From: a virus
Taxonomy: Duplodnaviria > Caudoviricetes
Virus record (IMG/VR): IMGVR_UViG_3300024191_000022
Location: 1 to 33,628 of that record
Strand: one strand, 5' to 3'
Length of the DNA stretch: 33,628 nucleotides
Below the pieces are notes generated by a model. That model was not told where the DNA came from, made no database searches, and worked only from the letters and a program-made list of their open reading frames with translations. The first letter of the stretch is position 1; every line of letters starts with the position of its first letter. This document shows positions 10,277 to 19,992 of this stretch, one piece after another. A program made the translations under genes and the position numbers.

Positions 10277-10507
10277 TTATTCTCCTTTCAAGAGAGTTTT
10301 AAGTTGAGTATAACCACCTATGTGATTACCTTCCTGATCCCATATCTGGGGTACAGTCTTTATACCAGACTTTTTAAATAAGTCAAGTACCCACTTTGAG
10401 TCGTTGAGAGAATAGTACTGTACTTCAATACGATTATCTCTCAGTAGACCCATAGCATTAGAGCAGTGAGGGCAGTCAACCCGCCCCACTAATGTGTATA
10501 TACTCAT
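10277..10507 (-). CDS. Glutaredoxin
   Basis: CPHC, TVPQIW, HIGGY motifs; directly downstream of RNR. Confidence 0.9.
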   Translation of the reverse strand: MSIYTLVGRVDCPHCSNAMGLLRDNRIEVQYYSLNDSKWVLDLFKKSGIKTVPQIWDQEGNHIGGYTQLKTLLKGE

Positions 10508-12399
10508 GTTAGATCCACTATCTCACAAGTGTCACCAGTACACGCCATAGTCTGACTACCTGCAGTATTGTCTTCATCTTCATACTGCGTAAGCTCTGAC
10601 CAGTCAATGTTGTTAGGCATCTCTTGTAACAGATCTATGTACTCTTCTTTCGTACAATCCTGGTATGGTGCTTGCTGATATGTATGATCTGAGTGTGGCA
10701 AGAAAGACACACCTGACATCTCATCAAAGTGTTCATGCACAAAGGCACCTACATGCAGCCACTCATGGTCACGCACTGAGATCGTCACGCTAGGCTTATG
10801 CTCACACCATGAACGTTGGTACGTTAGCCATGTCTGTAGCTGCTCAATGGCTGTCATGTCGTTACGTGTAACAGCTTTATCAGGAGACTTAACTGGGAAG
10901 CTAAACACTGTAGTAGTGTCACCCTTCATAACGCATGGCTCATTAGGTACACCCTTGTCTTTCATGAACTGCGTTAGCGGATCTTTATTATCACCACGCA
11001 CAGTACGGATATAATAGGGACTATGGCGAGCGTGTATGCCACTGGCACTATCCACCAGTTGCGAGACTGTGCCCGATGGTTTGACGCAGCTAATCGCAGC
11101 AGATACAGGTATATTAAGACGGTCAGCCCATTCAGTATTAGTAGATACAGCGATCCCACGAAGATATTCAAGAGTCTTCTCCAAGCCTTTATTCTTATGA
11201 GTCATCAGAGGATTGTCCATTATTCCCGTAAGTGACACACCAAGCAAGCGCTCCTCTTCTGTGTTGTTCGTCCACACCTTACGCAGGTAGGGGAACTTTG
11301 TGTATGAGGACTGAATGGTTCCCAGAATCGTAGCCAGTTTAACTTTTCTAGCAAGGTCTTCCACAGTATCCGTAGCACGTACAACTACCTCTGTTAAATT
11401 ACAAAACTGATATGGGCGCAGGATGATTTCGCTGCAGGGGTTAGTACCAAAGTCGTAGTTACTATCCCTTCGGTTATACTTCTCAGCTTGCTTCTTGCTT
11501 GCTTGCCGATTGAATACACCACGCTCACCTGACTTGCTCTCTACCAGTGACTGCCACTCACGCATGAACGTTTCCATGTCTGGCTTCTCAGTGTAACACA
11601 CAGAGTTATTAGCTAATGCTCTCCACGCTGCAGTCTCCCACCACTGACCTGACTTAGCGTGACGCATACGGTCATCACTGAGGTTAGACAGAGAGATCAT
11701 AGCACTACGGCGTACACCACCTACTACTACGATCTGACCAATGAAGCACATCAAGTCATGGCACTCTACGCTGCTTAACTTTCTTCCTTGTGCATTCTTG
11801 AAAGTTGTGATAGCAAAGTTAAACAGTTCTACTAGAGGCGCTGGGCCACTAGCTCTACCACCAAACGTCTTAAGCCTAGCACCTGCAGGACGTACACGAG
11901 AAACATCCCACTTAGGGATCTCACCAGCCCAGAGGAGTGCAAGAACTTGACGGAACGCCTTAGCCCAACCTTCCTTACTGTCTTTGACAACGACAACGGT
12001 ATCACTGTCGAACAACTCAGGTACTTCAGGGAGCTTACTAACGTACTGCCTCTCGACGCTGAACCCGACACCAGTACCACACAAGAGGATGTACATAGCC
12101 TCATCGAAGGACTTAGGGTCATCTACGGGTAGGTAGCTACAGTTATACCCAGCAGTGTTATCTCTGTCAAGCGCTGGGCCAGCAGTCATTAGTGCTCGCA
12201 TAGAGGGCATGACTTCTAGATTCAAGATGGCGTTGTGTATTTCATCTGACGTAGCTTGATCTACTTTGTTGTCTACTAAGTTAAGTATGTAGCGCCCTAC
12301 GGTAGCGCCCCAGTTCTCACGCCCTTCACCATCATAGTACTTGGCGTATCGTGATAGAGCAATGAAGCTCTGATAGTCTGTCGGTAGGTAGTTGCTCAT
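10504..12399 (-). CDS. nrdJ: Class II (adenosylcobalamin-dependent) ribonucleotide reductase
   Basis: YNCS, GTNPCSEI, CNLTE, CVKPSGTVS, C-terminal CTGDTC; no beta subunit nearby. Confidence 0.92.
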   Translation of the reverse strand: MSNYLPTDYQSFIALSRYAKYYDGEGRENWGATVGRYILNLVDNKVDQATSDEIHNAILNLEVMPSMRALMTAGPALDRDNTAGYNCSYLPVDDPKSFDEAMYILLCGTGVGFSVERQYVSKLPEVPELFDSDTVVVVKDSKEGWAKAFRQVLALLWAGEIPKWDVSRVRPAGARLKTFGGRASGPAPLVELFNFAITTFKNAQGRKLSSVECHDLMCFIGQIVVVGGVRRSAMISLSNLSDDRMRHAKSGQWWETAAWRALANNSVCYTEKPDMETFMREWQSLVESKSGERGVFNRQASKKQAEKYNRRDSNYDFGTNPCSEIILRPYQFCNLTEVVVRATDTVEDLARKVKLATILGTIQSSYTKFPYLRKVWTNNTEEERLLGVSLTGIMDNPLMTHKNKGLEKTLEYLRGIAVSTNTEWADRLNIPVSAAISCVKPSGTVSQLVDSASGIHARHSPYYIRTVRGDNKDPLTQFMKDKGVPNEPCVMKGDTTTVFSFPVKSPDKAVTRNDMTAIEQLQTWLTYQRSWCEHKPSVTISVRDHEWLHVGAFVHEHFDEMSGVSFLPHSDHTYQQAPYQDCTKEEYIDLLQEMPNNIDWSELTQYEDEDNTAGSQTMACTGDTCEIVDLT

Positions 12400-12785
12400 T
12401 ATCTGTTGTCTCCTGATCCCTTAAGTTTACCACGCTGTTCTCTGTCATTCAGCTTAGCCATATTCATTTCCATAGTCTTACGTAAGTTACCACCAAAGAT
12501 GTTAGACAGTGCGGTAACGTAGAACAATACATCACCTAACTCTTTGAGTACTTCTTCATCAGAGAACTTAGAGCTATCACGAAATAGTTTCTTGATCTTC
12601 TCTGCTACTTCACCTGCCTCACCTGTTAAGCCTAGCGTGTTCTCTACTAAACGATCACGGCCTTTAGTGAATACCTTATCCTCTACAAACTGACTATAGA
12701 AACGTATTGGATCTGTGTCATAGTCAGAACTATTTTGAAACATCTCAAAGTATCCGAATGCTTCTAGGTCTGTCTCATTAATCAT
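12399..12785 (-). CDS. mazG: MazG-like nucleotide pyrophosphohydrolase
   Basis: LGLTGEAGEVAEKIKK...ELGDVLFY. Confidence 0.88.
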   Translation of the reverse strand: MINETDLEAFGYFEMFQNSSDYDTDPIRFYSQFVEDKVFTKGRDRLVENTLGLTGEAGEVAEKIKKLFRDSSKFSDEEVLKELGDVLFYVTALSNIFGGNLRKTMEMNMAKLNDREQRGKLKGSGDNR

Positions 12786-12955
12786 GGGCGTTCCTTTACA
12801 TATAAGTTTTCTACTTCGACATCATCAGTATCATAAAACGTATCAACTATCAAGTCGTATACATCTTCACTGTGTGACCTGTCATCTGACGATAGTATGT
12901 TATTGTTCTTATCTATCGCCATCACAAATGTAACACTGAATCTTTTATCCTTCAT
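12782..12955 (-). CDS. Hypothetical protein
   Basis: ATG at 12955 with GGAGA RBS; 4-nt overlaps with neighbours. Confidence 0.65.
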   Translation of the reverse strand: MKDKRFSVTFVMAIDKNNNILSSDDRSHSEDVYDLIVDTFYDTDDVEVENLYVKERP

Positions 12956-13206
12956 TTGTGTGTCTCCAACCAACGCTTACGTAGTCTGTTCAAGTACCAG
13001 ATGGCTTTATCAATATCTTCTAGTCCGTTCTTGTACTCACAGCGCCACATGTACTTCAACACGTTAGCTGCTTGCGGTGCTAAAGCTCCCGACATATTCT
13101 CTGTCATAGCTTCTATTGCATCTATACATTCAATACCTGCTTGATTGTAATGTACAGGCTTATTTACTGGATCGTGTCCTGTCATAGGTGGTTCTTCTTT
13201 AATCAT
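12952..13206 (-). CDS. DUF3310 / T7 gp1.7-like protein (putative nucleotide kinase)
   Basis: DPVNKPVHY...ECIDAI...NVLKYMWR..KNGLEDIDKAIWYL. Confidence 0.85.
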   Translation of the reverse strand: MIKEEPPMTGHDPVNKPVHYNQAGIECIDAIEAMTENMSGALAPQAANVLKYMWRCEYKNGLEDIDKAIWYLNRLRKRWLETHK

Positions 13207-13550
13207 GCGTTACCCTGTGTCTTAGTGAATGCAGTAAGGCGTAGTACCTTACCGCCTGTACCTTCTACTTCCTCGTATATATCAGATTCCTCTTGCATGT
13301 CAAGGTCTATTAGTCTATTTCTTTCAGCTTCTACTGTATCGTATACATAATCATCCCACTGTGACACCTCTAAGAAAGCCCCTAGCAGAGTAACTAAGTT
13401 AATCATCTGTGCTAGATCTGTTTTGTTAAGAGTGTTGTCTGGGTGTAGTGCTATACCTGTAGATAGTTCGCCTGTCCAGTCACCATTCTTGTCATAGTCT
13501 AGGGGTTTAAGTATGAACGCTACCTCGTTACCTTCAATCTTGTATGACAT
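13203..13550 (-). CDS. Hypothetical protein
   Basis: 115-aa acidic ORF in the operon. Confidence 0.7.
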   Translation of the reverse strand: MSYKIEGNEVAFILKPLDYDKNGDWTGELSTGIALHPDNTLNKTDLAQMINLVTLLGAFLEVSQWDDYVYDTVEAERNRLIDLDMQEESDIYEEVEGTGGKVLRLTAFTKTQGNA

Positions 13551-13997
13551 TTAAGTTTTCCTTTTATGCTTGAGGGGAATACGATCTGACTTGATCGGCT
13601 TACCTTTTTCTTTTAGCCATGCTTCAGGTATAACTCTATGTGCCCACATGAAATCATTCTTATCACACCAATCAAAGTAGCGAGACTTAGCTCCCTTGTA
13701 TAGCTTAGCTTTGGCGTTACTGAAGACGAACCGTATGTCTAACTCAGGGTGCTGCTTCCGTACCTCTAAGTGCTTACGTCTGTCATCACTATCAAAGATT
13801 CCTTTGGTTTCTATTATGATACCGTTATCTAAAACGAAGTCAGGTGTGTACGTCCGATAGCGTAGGTCTTCCCATTCTATCTTCAGTAACTCATACCTGA
13901 CTTCTTTCTGCTCAGACTTTAGGTACGCAGCAACCTCTTTCTCTAGGCCACTGCGATACCTTCTAGAGTTATGCTTACGCTTCTTCAGTGGCGGCAT
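13551..13997 (-). CDS. T7 endonuclease I-like Holliday junction resolvase
   Basis: YRSGLE, YTPDF, IETKG, HPELDIRFVF motifs; start codon uncertain. Confidence 0.9.
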   Translation of the reverse strand: MPPLKKRKHNSRRYRSGLEKEVAAYLKSEQKEVRYELLKIEWEDLRYRTYTPDFVLDNGIIIETKGIFDSDDRRKHLEVRKQHPELDIRFVFSNAKAKLYKGAKSRYFDWCDKNDFMWAHRVIPEAWLKEKGKPIKSDRIPLKHKRKT

Positions 13998-14190
13998 CAG
14001 GCGCTTCAATACCTAGTGACTGCCGTAGCTCTGCTGTCTTCATCTGTCCTACAGCCTGAACACAACCCATCTGGTGACTGAGTTGATTTAGTATGACAGT
14101 GTTCTGCTGCAGTAGAGTAACGATCTCTCGCTGCTCATCTGTTAGCTTCTCAAGTTCATACTCTTTATCGTCAATAGTAACTGCGGTCAT
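13975..14190 (-). CDS. Hypothetical protein
   Basis: 71 aa, AAGGAG RBS, VTIDDKEY N-terminus then coiled coil. Confidence 0.7.
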   Translation of the reverse strand: MTAVTIDDKEYELEKLTDEQREIVTLLQQNTVILNQLSHQMGCVQAVGQMKTAELRQSLGIEAPDAATEEA

Positions 14191-14193
14191 CTA

Positions 14194-15054
14194 TTAATAC
14201 TCCTTATTTAGTGACACATACTCTACAGTAGGTGGCGTCTTACCACCCTTGTATACTTTAGATGGCAGGGCTTGTAATCCTGGCCAGCATTTCTTTTTGT
14301 GTGAACAGAAACTACACTGCTTAGTTAGCTTCATGTTACCACTAGGCTTACCCCGATACGTTTCAGGTTCAGCAGAGAAGCAACGCTCAAACGGTTCATC
14401 ATTAGCGATGTAGTTATGGGTCTGCTGAATGTCATCCAGTACAGCACCCTTGTCCACAGAGGCAGCAGGTACGTACTTGAACTCACCATTACCCTTGTTG
14501 ACTACCCACCATCCACCAACGTTCTTACCTGCAGCGTGTGCGTATCCTATAAGCTGTGAGACGTACCCAAAGCTATCACCTGCTGCCAGTGTTTCTACAT
14601 CAATGAACTTGTTAGTGTAAGACCACGGCGATGCACTCTTAACATCATCCACTGCCCCGTCCAACACCATGTCGTACTCACCGCTTACTTCAGCGCCACC
14701 CTCTAGTTCAAGGGTAACTCTATCGTTGTCTTCAAACGTAACATCAGAAGCCCGTAGTAGTCCTTTGAAGATAGCCTCAACCAAATCCCCTATGAGCATG
14801 TTGATCATAAAGGATGTTGGCTTAAGGATGTCTGTCTCAGGATCATTCTTCTCGAACCAAAGCTGGCACTTAGGACGCCCTACGTTGGACATCCTAAGCT
14901 TGAACTTATCTCGTGGGCCACTGTTGAACTGCTTGTCTAGGGCTGCATGTATATCTTTACACACACCTTCGATGATCTCTTGCGACATAGATGCGTTACC
15001 ATCTATAGCCTTACGCAAGAAAGAATGTACTGACAGTTCAGCAGGATGTTCCAT
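14194..15054 (-). CDS. PD-(D/E)XK Cas4-like exonuclease
   Basis: G-E-Y-D...DVKS, QLIGY, N-terminal Cys and C-terminal CSFCSHKKKC (Fe-S staple pattern). Confidence 0.8.
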   Translation of the reverse strand: MEHPAELSVHSFLRKAIDGNASMSQEIIEGVCKDIHAALDKQFNSGPRDKFKLRMSNVGRPKCQLWFEKNDPETDILKPTSFMINMLIGDLVEAIFKGLLRASDVTFEDNDRVTLELEGGAEVSGEYDMVLDGAVDDVKSASPWSYTNKFIDVETLAAGDSFGYVSQLIGYAHAAGKNVGGWWVVNKGNGEFKYVPAASVDKGAVLDDIQQTHNYIANDEPFERCFSAEPETYRGKPSGNMKLTKQCSFCSHKKKCWPGLQALPSKVYKGGKTPPTVEYVSLNKEY

Positions 15055-15887
15055 TATTCAAAGTCCTGCACTTCAACGATACTACCTACGATAGCTGCGT
15101 CTTCTGGTGAGATGTTAGCTACGTTACGTTCATCCCACTTGCTAAGTATCCATGAGTTTGTACGCTCAATGTAAGCAATGAAGTCTCGTAACGTTTCGTT
15201 GTCACCATCAGTGAAACCTACACGCTCACCTAGTGATGCAGATACTTCAGCAAACATGTTACCGTTAGGCATGGTCTGTTGATTAGCGCCTAACAAAATG
15301 GTGTGCTCAATAGGTGTAATACCTTTACCCATCAGTGCACCTGTTGCTGCATTCATAGACTTCAAACTTGTAGGGTTCTTAACGTCAAAGATAAATGGTA
15401 CTTCACCACTGAACTCTACACTGTCACCATCCTCGTTAGTAGCATTAGCAGCACCAGCCATACCCATGAATACTTTAGTACGCTTAACGCTACGCATTAC
15501 ATTCTTAGTAGTCTCAGGTAATGCATCCCAGTCCTGTACGTAACCAGTAGGGCGTCCTAAGTTAAACCCACCTAGTGTATCCTTCAAGTCGTTGTTAAGG
15601 TTCTGCGCTAAGACAGTCTTCTGTGTGGTGTTAGCTTCGCTATCCCACTTAGTCCACTGCTGACGCTCAGCAAACAAACGCATACTAAGTGATTCAGTGT
15701 ACACTTCCTCGTCACCTTTACGCAGTTTAAACATAGGTGTGTTGACGATCTTCTTACCATCAATACCTTGCTTAACTACAGCAGTCACACGCCATAGTGT
15801 TGACTGTGCCTGTGTTGTTGTAGCGGTGAACCCCATAGCATCTGCTAAGTTCATACCGTCTACTGATAGTGCTACTTCTGTGCTCAT
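15054..15887 (-). CDS. Putative single-stranded DNA-binding protein
   Basis: Position between PolA and exonuclease; beta-rich; acidic/aromatic C-terminus (VEVQDFE); own promoter. Confidence 0.6.
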   Translation of the reverse strand: MSTEVALSVDGMNLADAMGFTATTTQAQSTLWRVTAVVKQGIDGKKIVNTPMFKLRKGDEEVYTESLSMRLFAERQQWTKWDSEANTTQKTVLAQNLNNDLKDTLGGFNLGRPTGYVQDWDALPETTKNVMRSVKRTKVFMGMAGAANATNEDGDSVEFSGEVPFIFDVKNPTSLKSMNAATGALMGKGITPIEHTILLGANQQTMPNGNMFAEVSASLGERVGFTDGDNETLRDFIAYIERTNSWILSKWDERNVANISPEDAAIVGSIVEVQDFE

Positions 15888-15922
15888 TATATATCCTTTC
15901 TGAGCTAAGTTAAAGAGACTAA

Positions 15923-15951
15923 GTTATACTATATAACGTCCTTTGTGTCAA
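15923..15951 (-). promoter_or_regulatory. Sigma70-like promoter for the SSB operon
   Basis: TTGACA-N17-TATAAC on the - strand overlapping the end of polA. Confidence 0.65.
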
Positions 15952-17980
15952 GCCAATTCGGGCCAATCTTTGCCTCTAATAGTAAAGGCACGTTCATCTG
16001 TATGTCATACGCTTCTTCGATAAGTTTGTCAAGATCTTTATTTAATGTATCTATAGTTGCAAGCACATATTCCTTCTCGTTAGGGTGAACATCTACTACC
16101 ATTGAGTCATGCACACTGTTTACTACACATGACTGTAGCTTCTCTAGTCTAGCCTCTAGCTCAATTAGTACAAGAGGCACAACATCACCAGTAGCAAACC
16201 CCTGCACTGGGTAGTTCTTTATCATAGTGAAGTGCGTAGGAGAACCATTCTCTCTACGTGATACATCAGGGAAAGCATACTGCCTACCACTGACGTTAGT
16301 GATCTTGTGTAACCGTATAGCCTCATCACCTAGCTTCTTGTGCCACGCAGCTACACCCTGATACTTCTCGTTGAAGTGCTCGTAGTATGCAGCCTCTGCC
16401 TTAGATCTACCATACCCAGTAGCACCAAAGAGAGGAGCAAAGGTGTGTGCCTTAGCATCCTGCCTACCCGTAGGTTGACCTGCATCAGTAATAACCTGTG
16501 CAGTGTATGCGTGTACGTCGAAGCCTGTGTTGATCTCTTCCATAGCTACCTTGTCTTGTGCTAAGAACGCTGCGGTTCTGAACTCAAGCTGGGCAAAGTC
16601 AGCTTCCATAATGTAGCCACCCTTCCAGCGTGACACGAATACTTTCTTAACTGGGAAGGTGTTACCCCGTGGCATGTTCTGCATGTTAGGGTTACGCCCA
16701 CTGAACCTGCCTGTTGCAGTTATGTGTTGGGTAAGACCGACATGAAGGTATCCATCAGGCTTAGTATAAGTATGTATGCCATCAACGAAGCTAGAAAGAT
16801 AAGAACTGACAGCGCTAAGACGCTTAAGATCCGCAAGAAATAGTGCAGCACTTTCCATACGATTGTTTTTAGCTGTTGCAATAAGTGCATCTAAGTTGTC
16901 CTTTCCTGTGCTGAAACCGTTAGCACTGACCCACTTCTTGCTAGGTGCAGAGAACCCTAAGCCAGCCATCTCGTTTGTTTCTTTTAGTTGATACCCTCTA
17001 GCGTCACAGTCCTTACACTTGTTAGGTCTAGCGTACTTAGTTCCATCCTTCTTTAGTTTATATGTCTTGCCTTCTCCTTCACATGTAGGGCAGGTAAAAG
17101 CTTTTGTTTTCAGTATCTTAGTAGAGTTAGCTTGCACTGCATCCTTGAACTCTTGTGTAGTCTTAACGTAGTCAAACAGGTCAGCCCATTCTTTCTTGTC
17201 GTTAACCTTACGGCTAAACAAAACCTGCGAGGCTTGCTCTGGGCTATTGATGTTGATAGGTGTATCACCCATTAGGTTACGGATCTGTTTGTGTAGCCTG
17301 TCTTCTATGTCTGCCTTCTCTTGCTCAAACTCTACTCTAACTTGTTCGAGGGCGGGTTGATCCACCCTGATACCTGACATGTACATTCTTGTGAGAGTGG
17401 TACAGGTTTTGAAGGTAATGTCTCTGATGTTATGGAGGGAGGCGCTTGCAGGATCGGCGTATCTTTCTTCTTGCTTGAGGTACAGCCCACGAGTTGCGCC
17501 GAGATCAGACCTAAGATAAAAGCTAAGCTCATTGAGAGGTATTTCATTTGTGTTGTACCCTTCTTTAAAGTATTTCTTTAGTGTGTCATCCTTCTGTACT
17601 TCCAATTCATAGCGCTGGGCACATGCCTCTAGGCTCAGCGGTTCCTTAACACTGCGTAGTAGTATGTACTCTGCCAGCATAGTGTCGTAGATCTTACCGT
17701 CATACTTAAAGCCACACTCCCACAACCACATCAGGTCATGTTGTGCATTGTGCATGATCAGTAAGGTAGTCATGTCTAACACCTTCTGTATCTCTCTACG
17801 CCCAGCGCCTGTAGTATCCTTCTGTTCGACGTGATCTAGTGTGACTATGCACACGCTATCCTCTGCGTCAACAGCTTGCATACCTACCTGTACCAGTATG
17901 TTGCCTGGTTCAAACGGATCTAGATGCATCTTACCATCACGCTTGTTGGTAGTGTTCTCTACATCCAATACTATTTTCAT
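15929..17980 (-). CDS. polA: Family A DNA polymerase with 3'-5' exonuclease and DnaJ-like zinc-finger insert
   Basis: DVE exo I, HNAQHD, TGRFS, DFAQLE (motif A), RQDAKAHTF (motif B), VHDS (motif C); CPTCEGEG...CKDCDARG insert. Confidence 0.95.
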   Translation of the reverse strand: MKIVLDVENTTNKRDGKMHLDPFEPGNILVQVGMQAVDAEDSVCIVTLDHVEQKDTTGAGRREIQKVLDMTTLLIMHNAQHDLMWLWECGFKYDGKIYDTMLAEYILLRSVKEPLSLEACAQRYELEVQKDDTLKKYFKEGYNTNEIPLNELSFYLRSDLGATRGLYLKQEERYADPASASLHNIRDITFKTCTTLTRMYMSGIRVDQPALEQVRVEFEQEKADIEDRLHKQIRNLMGDTPININSPEQASQVLFSRKVNDKKEWADLFDYVKTTQEFKDAVQANSTKILKTKAFTCPTCEGEGKTYKLKKDGTKYARPNKCKDCDARGYQLKETNEMAGLGFSAPSKKWVSANGFSTGKDNLDALIATAKNNRMESAALFLADLKRLSAVSSYLSSFVDGIHTYTKPDGYLHVGLTQHITATGRFSGRNPNMQNMPRGNTFPVKKVFVSRWKGGYIMEADFAQLEFRTAAFLAQDKVAMEEINTGFDVHAYTAQVITDAGQPTGRQDAKAHTFAPLFGATGYGRSKAEAAYYEHFNEKYQGVAAWHKKLGDEAIRLHKITNVSGRQYAFPDVSRRENGSPTHFTMIKNYPVQGFATGDVVPLVLIELEARLEKLQSCVVNSVHDSMVVDVHPNEKEYVLATIDTLNKDLDKLIEEAYDIQMNVPLLLEAKIGPNWLDTKDVI

Positions 17981-17996
17981 ATTCTATGTCTCCTTA

Positions 17997-19220
17997 CTAA
18001 GCTGTGTACTGACTACGTTCACCGTCTAACTCACAGTGTACTACGCCATGCCAGCCACCCTTAAGCTTATTCTTTGCGATGTTCAAGTGCCTCTGTGTAT
18101 CTTGTTCCTCTGCTCCTTCTACCTGTGGGTTCTTAGAGATCAGTACCATCAGGTCTGCCTCTGCTGCCTTACCTGTCTTACTACCTTCCATCATTGATTG
18201 ATCTACGTACACCTTACCTTCCGCTACTGCACTCAACTGTGACATCCATATGATAGCACAGCCATACTGCTTAGCTATGTTACGTGCATGGATGGCTGCT
18301 TCCTTCAAGTACACGTCAGACTTATCGCTTGTCTTGCTAGAGAACTTATCACCCATGTCAAGCACTACGATGTCAGGCTGGTATGCCTTGATGATAGCCT
18401 CAACCCACGTCATGTCTTTACCTGTCGAGTCATACAGTTTAATGTTCTCACGCACAGGCTCATAGCGTGACGCAGCGAGGGCGTAGTTACCCTTGACTTC
18501 TTCCATTGACATTGACGTGGCTGCACTGAGGTAACGTGCTCCTACACGCTCGTATGCTTCCTCGTTACACAGTACAATACACTTAGCACCCTGAGTAGCA
18601 AAGCCATCTGGCCCACCAATCAGTGAGGCATGGAAGGATGTCTTACCTGTGTTAGGTCTAGCACCTACGATAACTAAGTGACCACCACTGATGCCCTCTA
18701 CCTTACGTGTCAGTGAAGGGATGTTGAACTTCCACTTAGACTGTATGTCATTAGCTTGCAGTAAGTTATCAATAGAGATGTCACCCCAGTCGATCTTGAG
18801 GTTAGGCATGAAGTCATCCTGATAGTCAGACAGTAGCTTACGCATAGGCTCCAGGCTAGTCTCAGTACCGTTCACATAGTCGAACCCTAAGTTAGCTATC
18901 TCTTCGCCTACTACCTGCTGGAACAACTTGCCTAACACTTCTTCAGCTATACCCTCAGACATAGCATCCTGCTTGCTGATGTTGCGGAAGATCTGTTTGT
19001 ATACATCCTTGTTAGCTGTGGTCATGGTAGAGTTTTGCGTAAAGAACAACCCCTCTAGTTCTGGTAGTGTAAGATCCTTATCGTATGTCTCCATAGCATA
19101 ATCTAAAGTGTTCTTAATCTTACGAACATCCTTAGTGAACAGCTTGTCTGGTGTACGGATACCTTTATTGTTATCATAAAAGTCCTTACTCATCAGTGTT
19201 CTAAGTAGTGCTAGTTCCAT
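17997..19220 (-). CDS. DnaB/SF4-like replicative helicase
   Basis: GARPNTGKT, VVLD, SQL, EADL, IAKNK. Confidence 0.9.
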   Translation of the reverse strand: MELALLRTLMSKDFYDNNKGIRTPDKLFTKDVRKIKNTLDYAMETYDKDLTLPELEGLFFTQNSTMTTANKDVYKQIFRNISKQDAMSEGIAEEVLGKLFQQVVGEEIANLGFDYVNGTETSLEPMRKLLSDYQDDFMPNLKIDWGDISIDNLLQANDIQSKWKFNIPSLTRKVEGISGGHLVIVGARPNTGKTSFHASLIGGPDGFATQGAKCIVLCNEEAYERVGARYLSAATSMSMEEVKGNYALAASRYEPVRENIKLYDSTGKDMTWVEAIIKAYQPDIVVLDMGDKFSSKTSDKSDVYLKEAAIHARNIAKQYGCAIIWMSQLSAVAEGKVYVDQSMMEGSKTGKAAEADLMVLISKNPQVEGAEEQDTQRHLNIAKNKLKGGWHGVVHCELDGERSQYTA

Positions 19221-19467
19221 TCTGTCTCTCTTTCTTCTTTGACTCTAAGTAGAACGCACCCTCTGGACTATTCCACGCAGCCATCAAATCCATCCACTGC
19301 TGTATAGACATGTAGATAACTTGATGCTCAGCCAGCTTATCGTCATACTGCCTGATGAATACTACGTTGTCATCTGTACCAATGATTAACTCTACATCTT
19401 CAAACATATCTTGTTGATCTAGTGATGTTATCACTGATGCGTCTGGCTCATACTCAACCGTATACAT
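19201..19467 (-). CDS. Hypothetical protein
   Basis: 88-aa ORF overlapping both neighbours. Confidence 0.65.
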   Translation of the reverse strand: MYTVEYEPDASVITSLDQQDMFEDVELIIGTDDNVVFIRQYDDKLAEHQVIYMSIQQWMDLMAAWNSPEGAFYLESKKKERQNGTSTT

Positions 19468-19627
19468 CCCTGTTCATCCTTTCACGTTCTGCTGCACGTT
19501 TGCGTTCCTCTTCATCGAACTCTCGTATGAGATTGTTATCATATATAAACCTCTTAAGTCTAGCTATCTCTTTCTCTTGCTGTTTAATCTGCCAGCGCAT
19601 GTCTTCTATTGTTCCAGCCATACTCAT
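19454..19627 (-). CDS. 57-aa coiled-coil protein (not in ORF track)
   Basis: MSMAGTIEDMRWQIKQQEKEIARLKRFIYDNNLIREFDEEERKRAAERERMNRDVYG; GAGGA RBS; fills the gap. Confidence 0.65.
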   Translation of the reverse strand: MSMAGTIEDMRWQIKQQEKEIARLKRFIYDNNLIREFDEEERKRAAERERMNRDVYG

Positions 19628-19628
19628 G

Positions 19629-19847
19629 TCATTCTTCCTCTAAGCAAAAGCCACACATATCATTCATTGCAGGGCCACCACAACTTACACAGGTTCGCCA
19701 CTTCTCATTTTCTAAACCTCTCTTTACTAGAGTTACAAAGCCAACGTTAAAGATAGCTGCGAATATCTCAGGCGCACACTCTACTTGTAGTGTAGCACTA
19801 CCATCACGGTGCTCTTCTACATCTGTTACTTTAATGTCATTCATCAC
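19629..19847 (-). CDS. Small protein with C-terminal zinc ribbon
   Basis: CVSC...CGFC; AGGAG RBS. Confidence 0.7.
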   Translation of the reverse strand: MMNDIKVTDVEEHRDGSATLQVECAPEIFAAIFNVGFVTLVKRGLENEKWRTCVSCGGPAMNDMCGFCLEEE

Positions 19848-19992
19848 TTACTCCTATACATGGTAACAAGATCGACAGCTTACAATACTTTGGGTAATCA
19901 TCATACGTCATAGCTATCAACACAGGTGGCGCAGCTATAAGTAAAGCCACAATAGCAGACGCCTTGATTGCGCCATTGATATTACCTCTCAT
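19837..19992 (-). CDS. 51-aa membrane peptide (not in ORF track)
   Basis: MRGNINGAIKASAIVALLIAAPPVLIAMTYDDYPKYCKLSILLPCIGVSDE; TGATG coupling to thyX. Confidence 0.6.
   Translation of the reverse strand: MRGNINGAIKASAIVALLIAAPPVLIAMTYDDYPKYCKLSILLPCIGVSDE

Noticed and set aside
14194-15054. Cas4-like nuclease as a sign of CRISPR-Cas
   Set aside because: No repeat-spacer array or other cas genes; it sits in the usual phage exonuclease position
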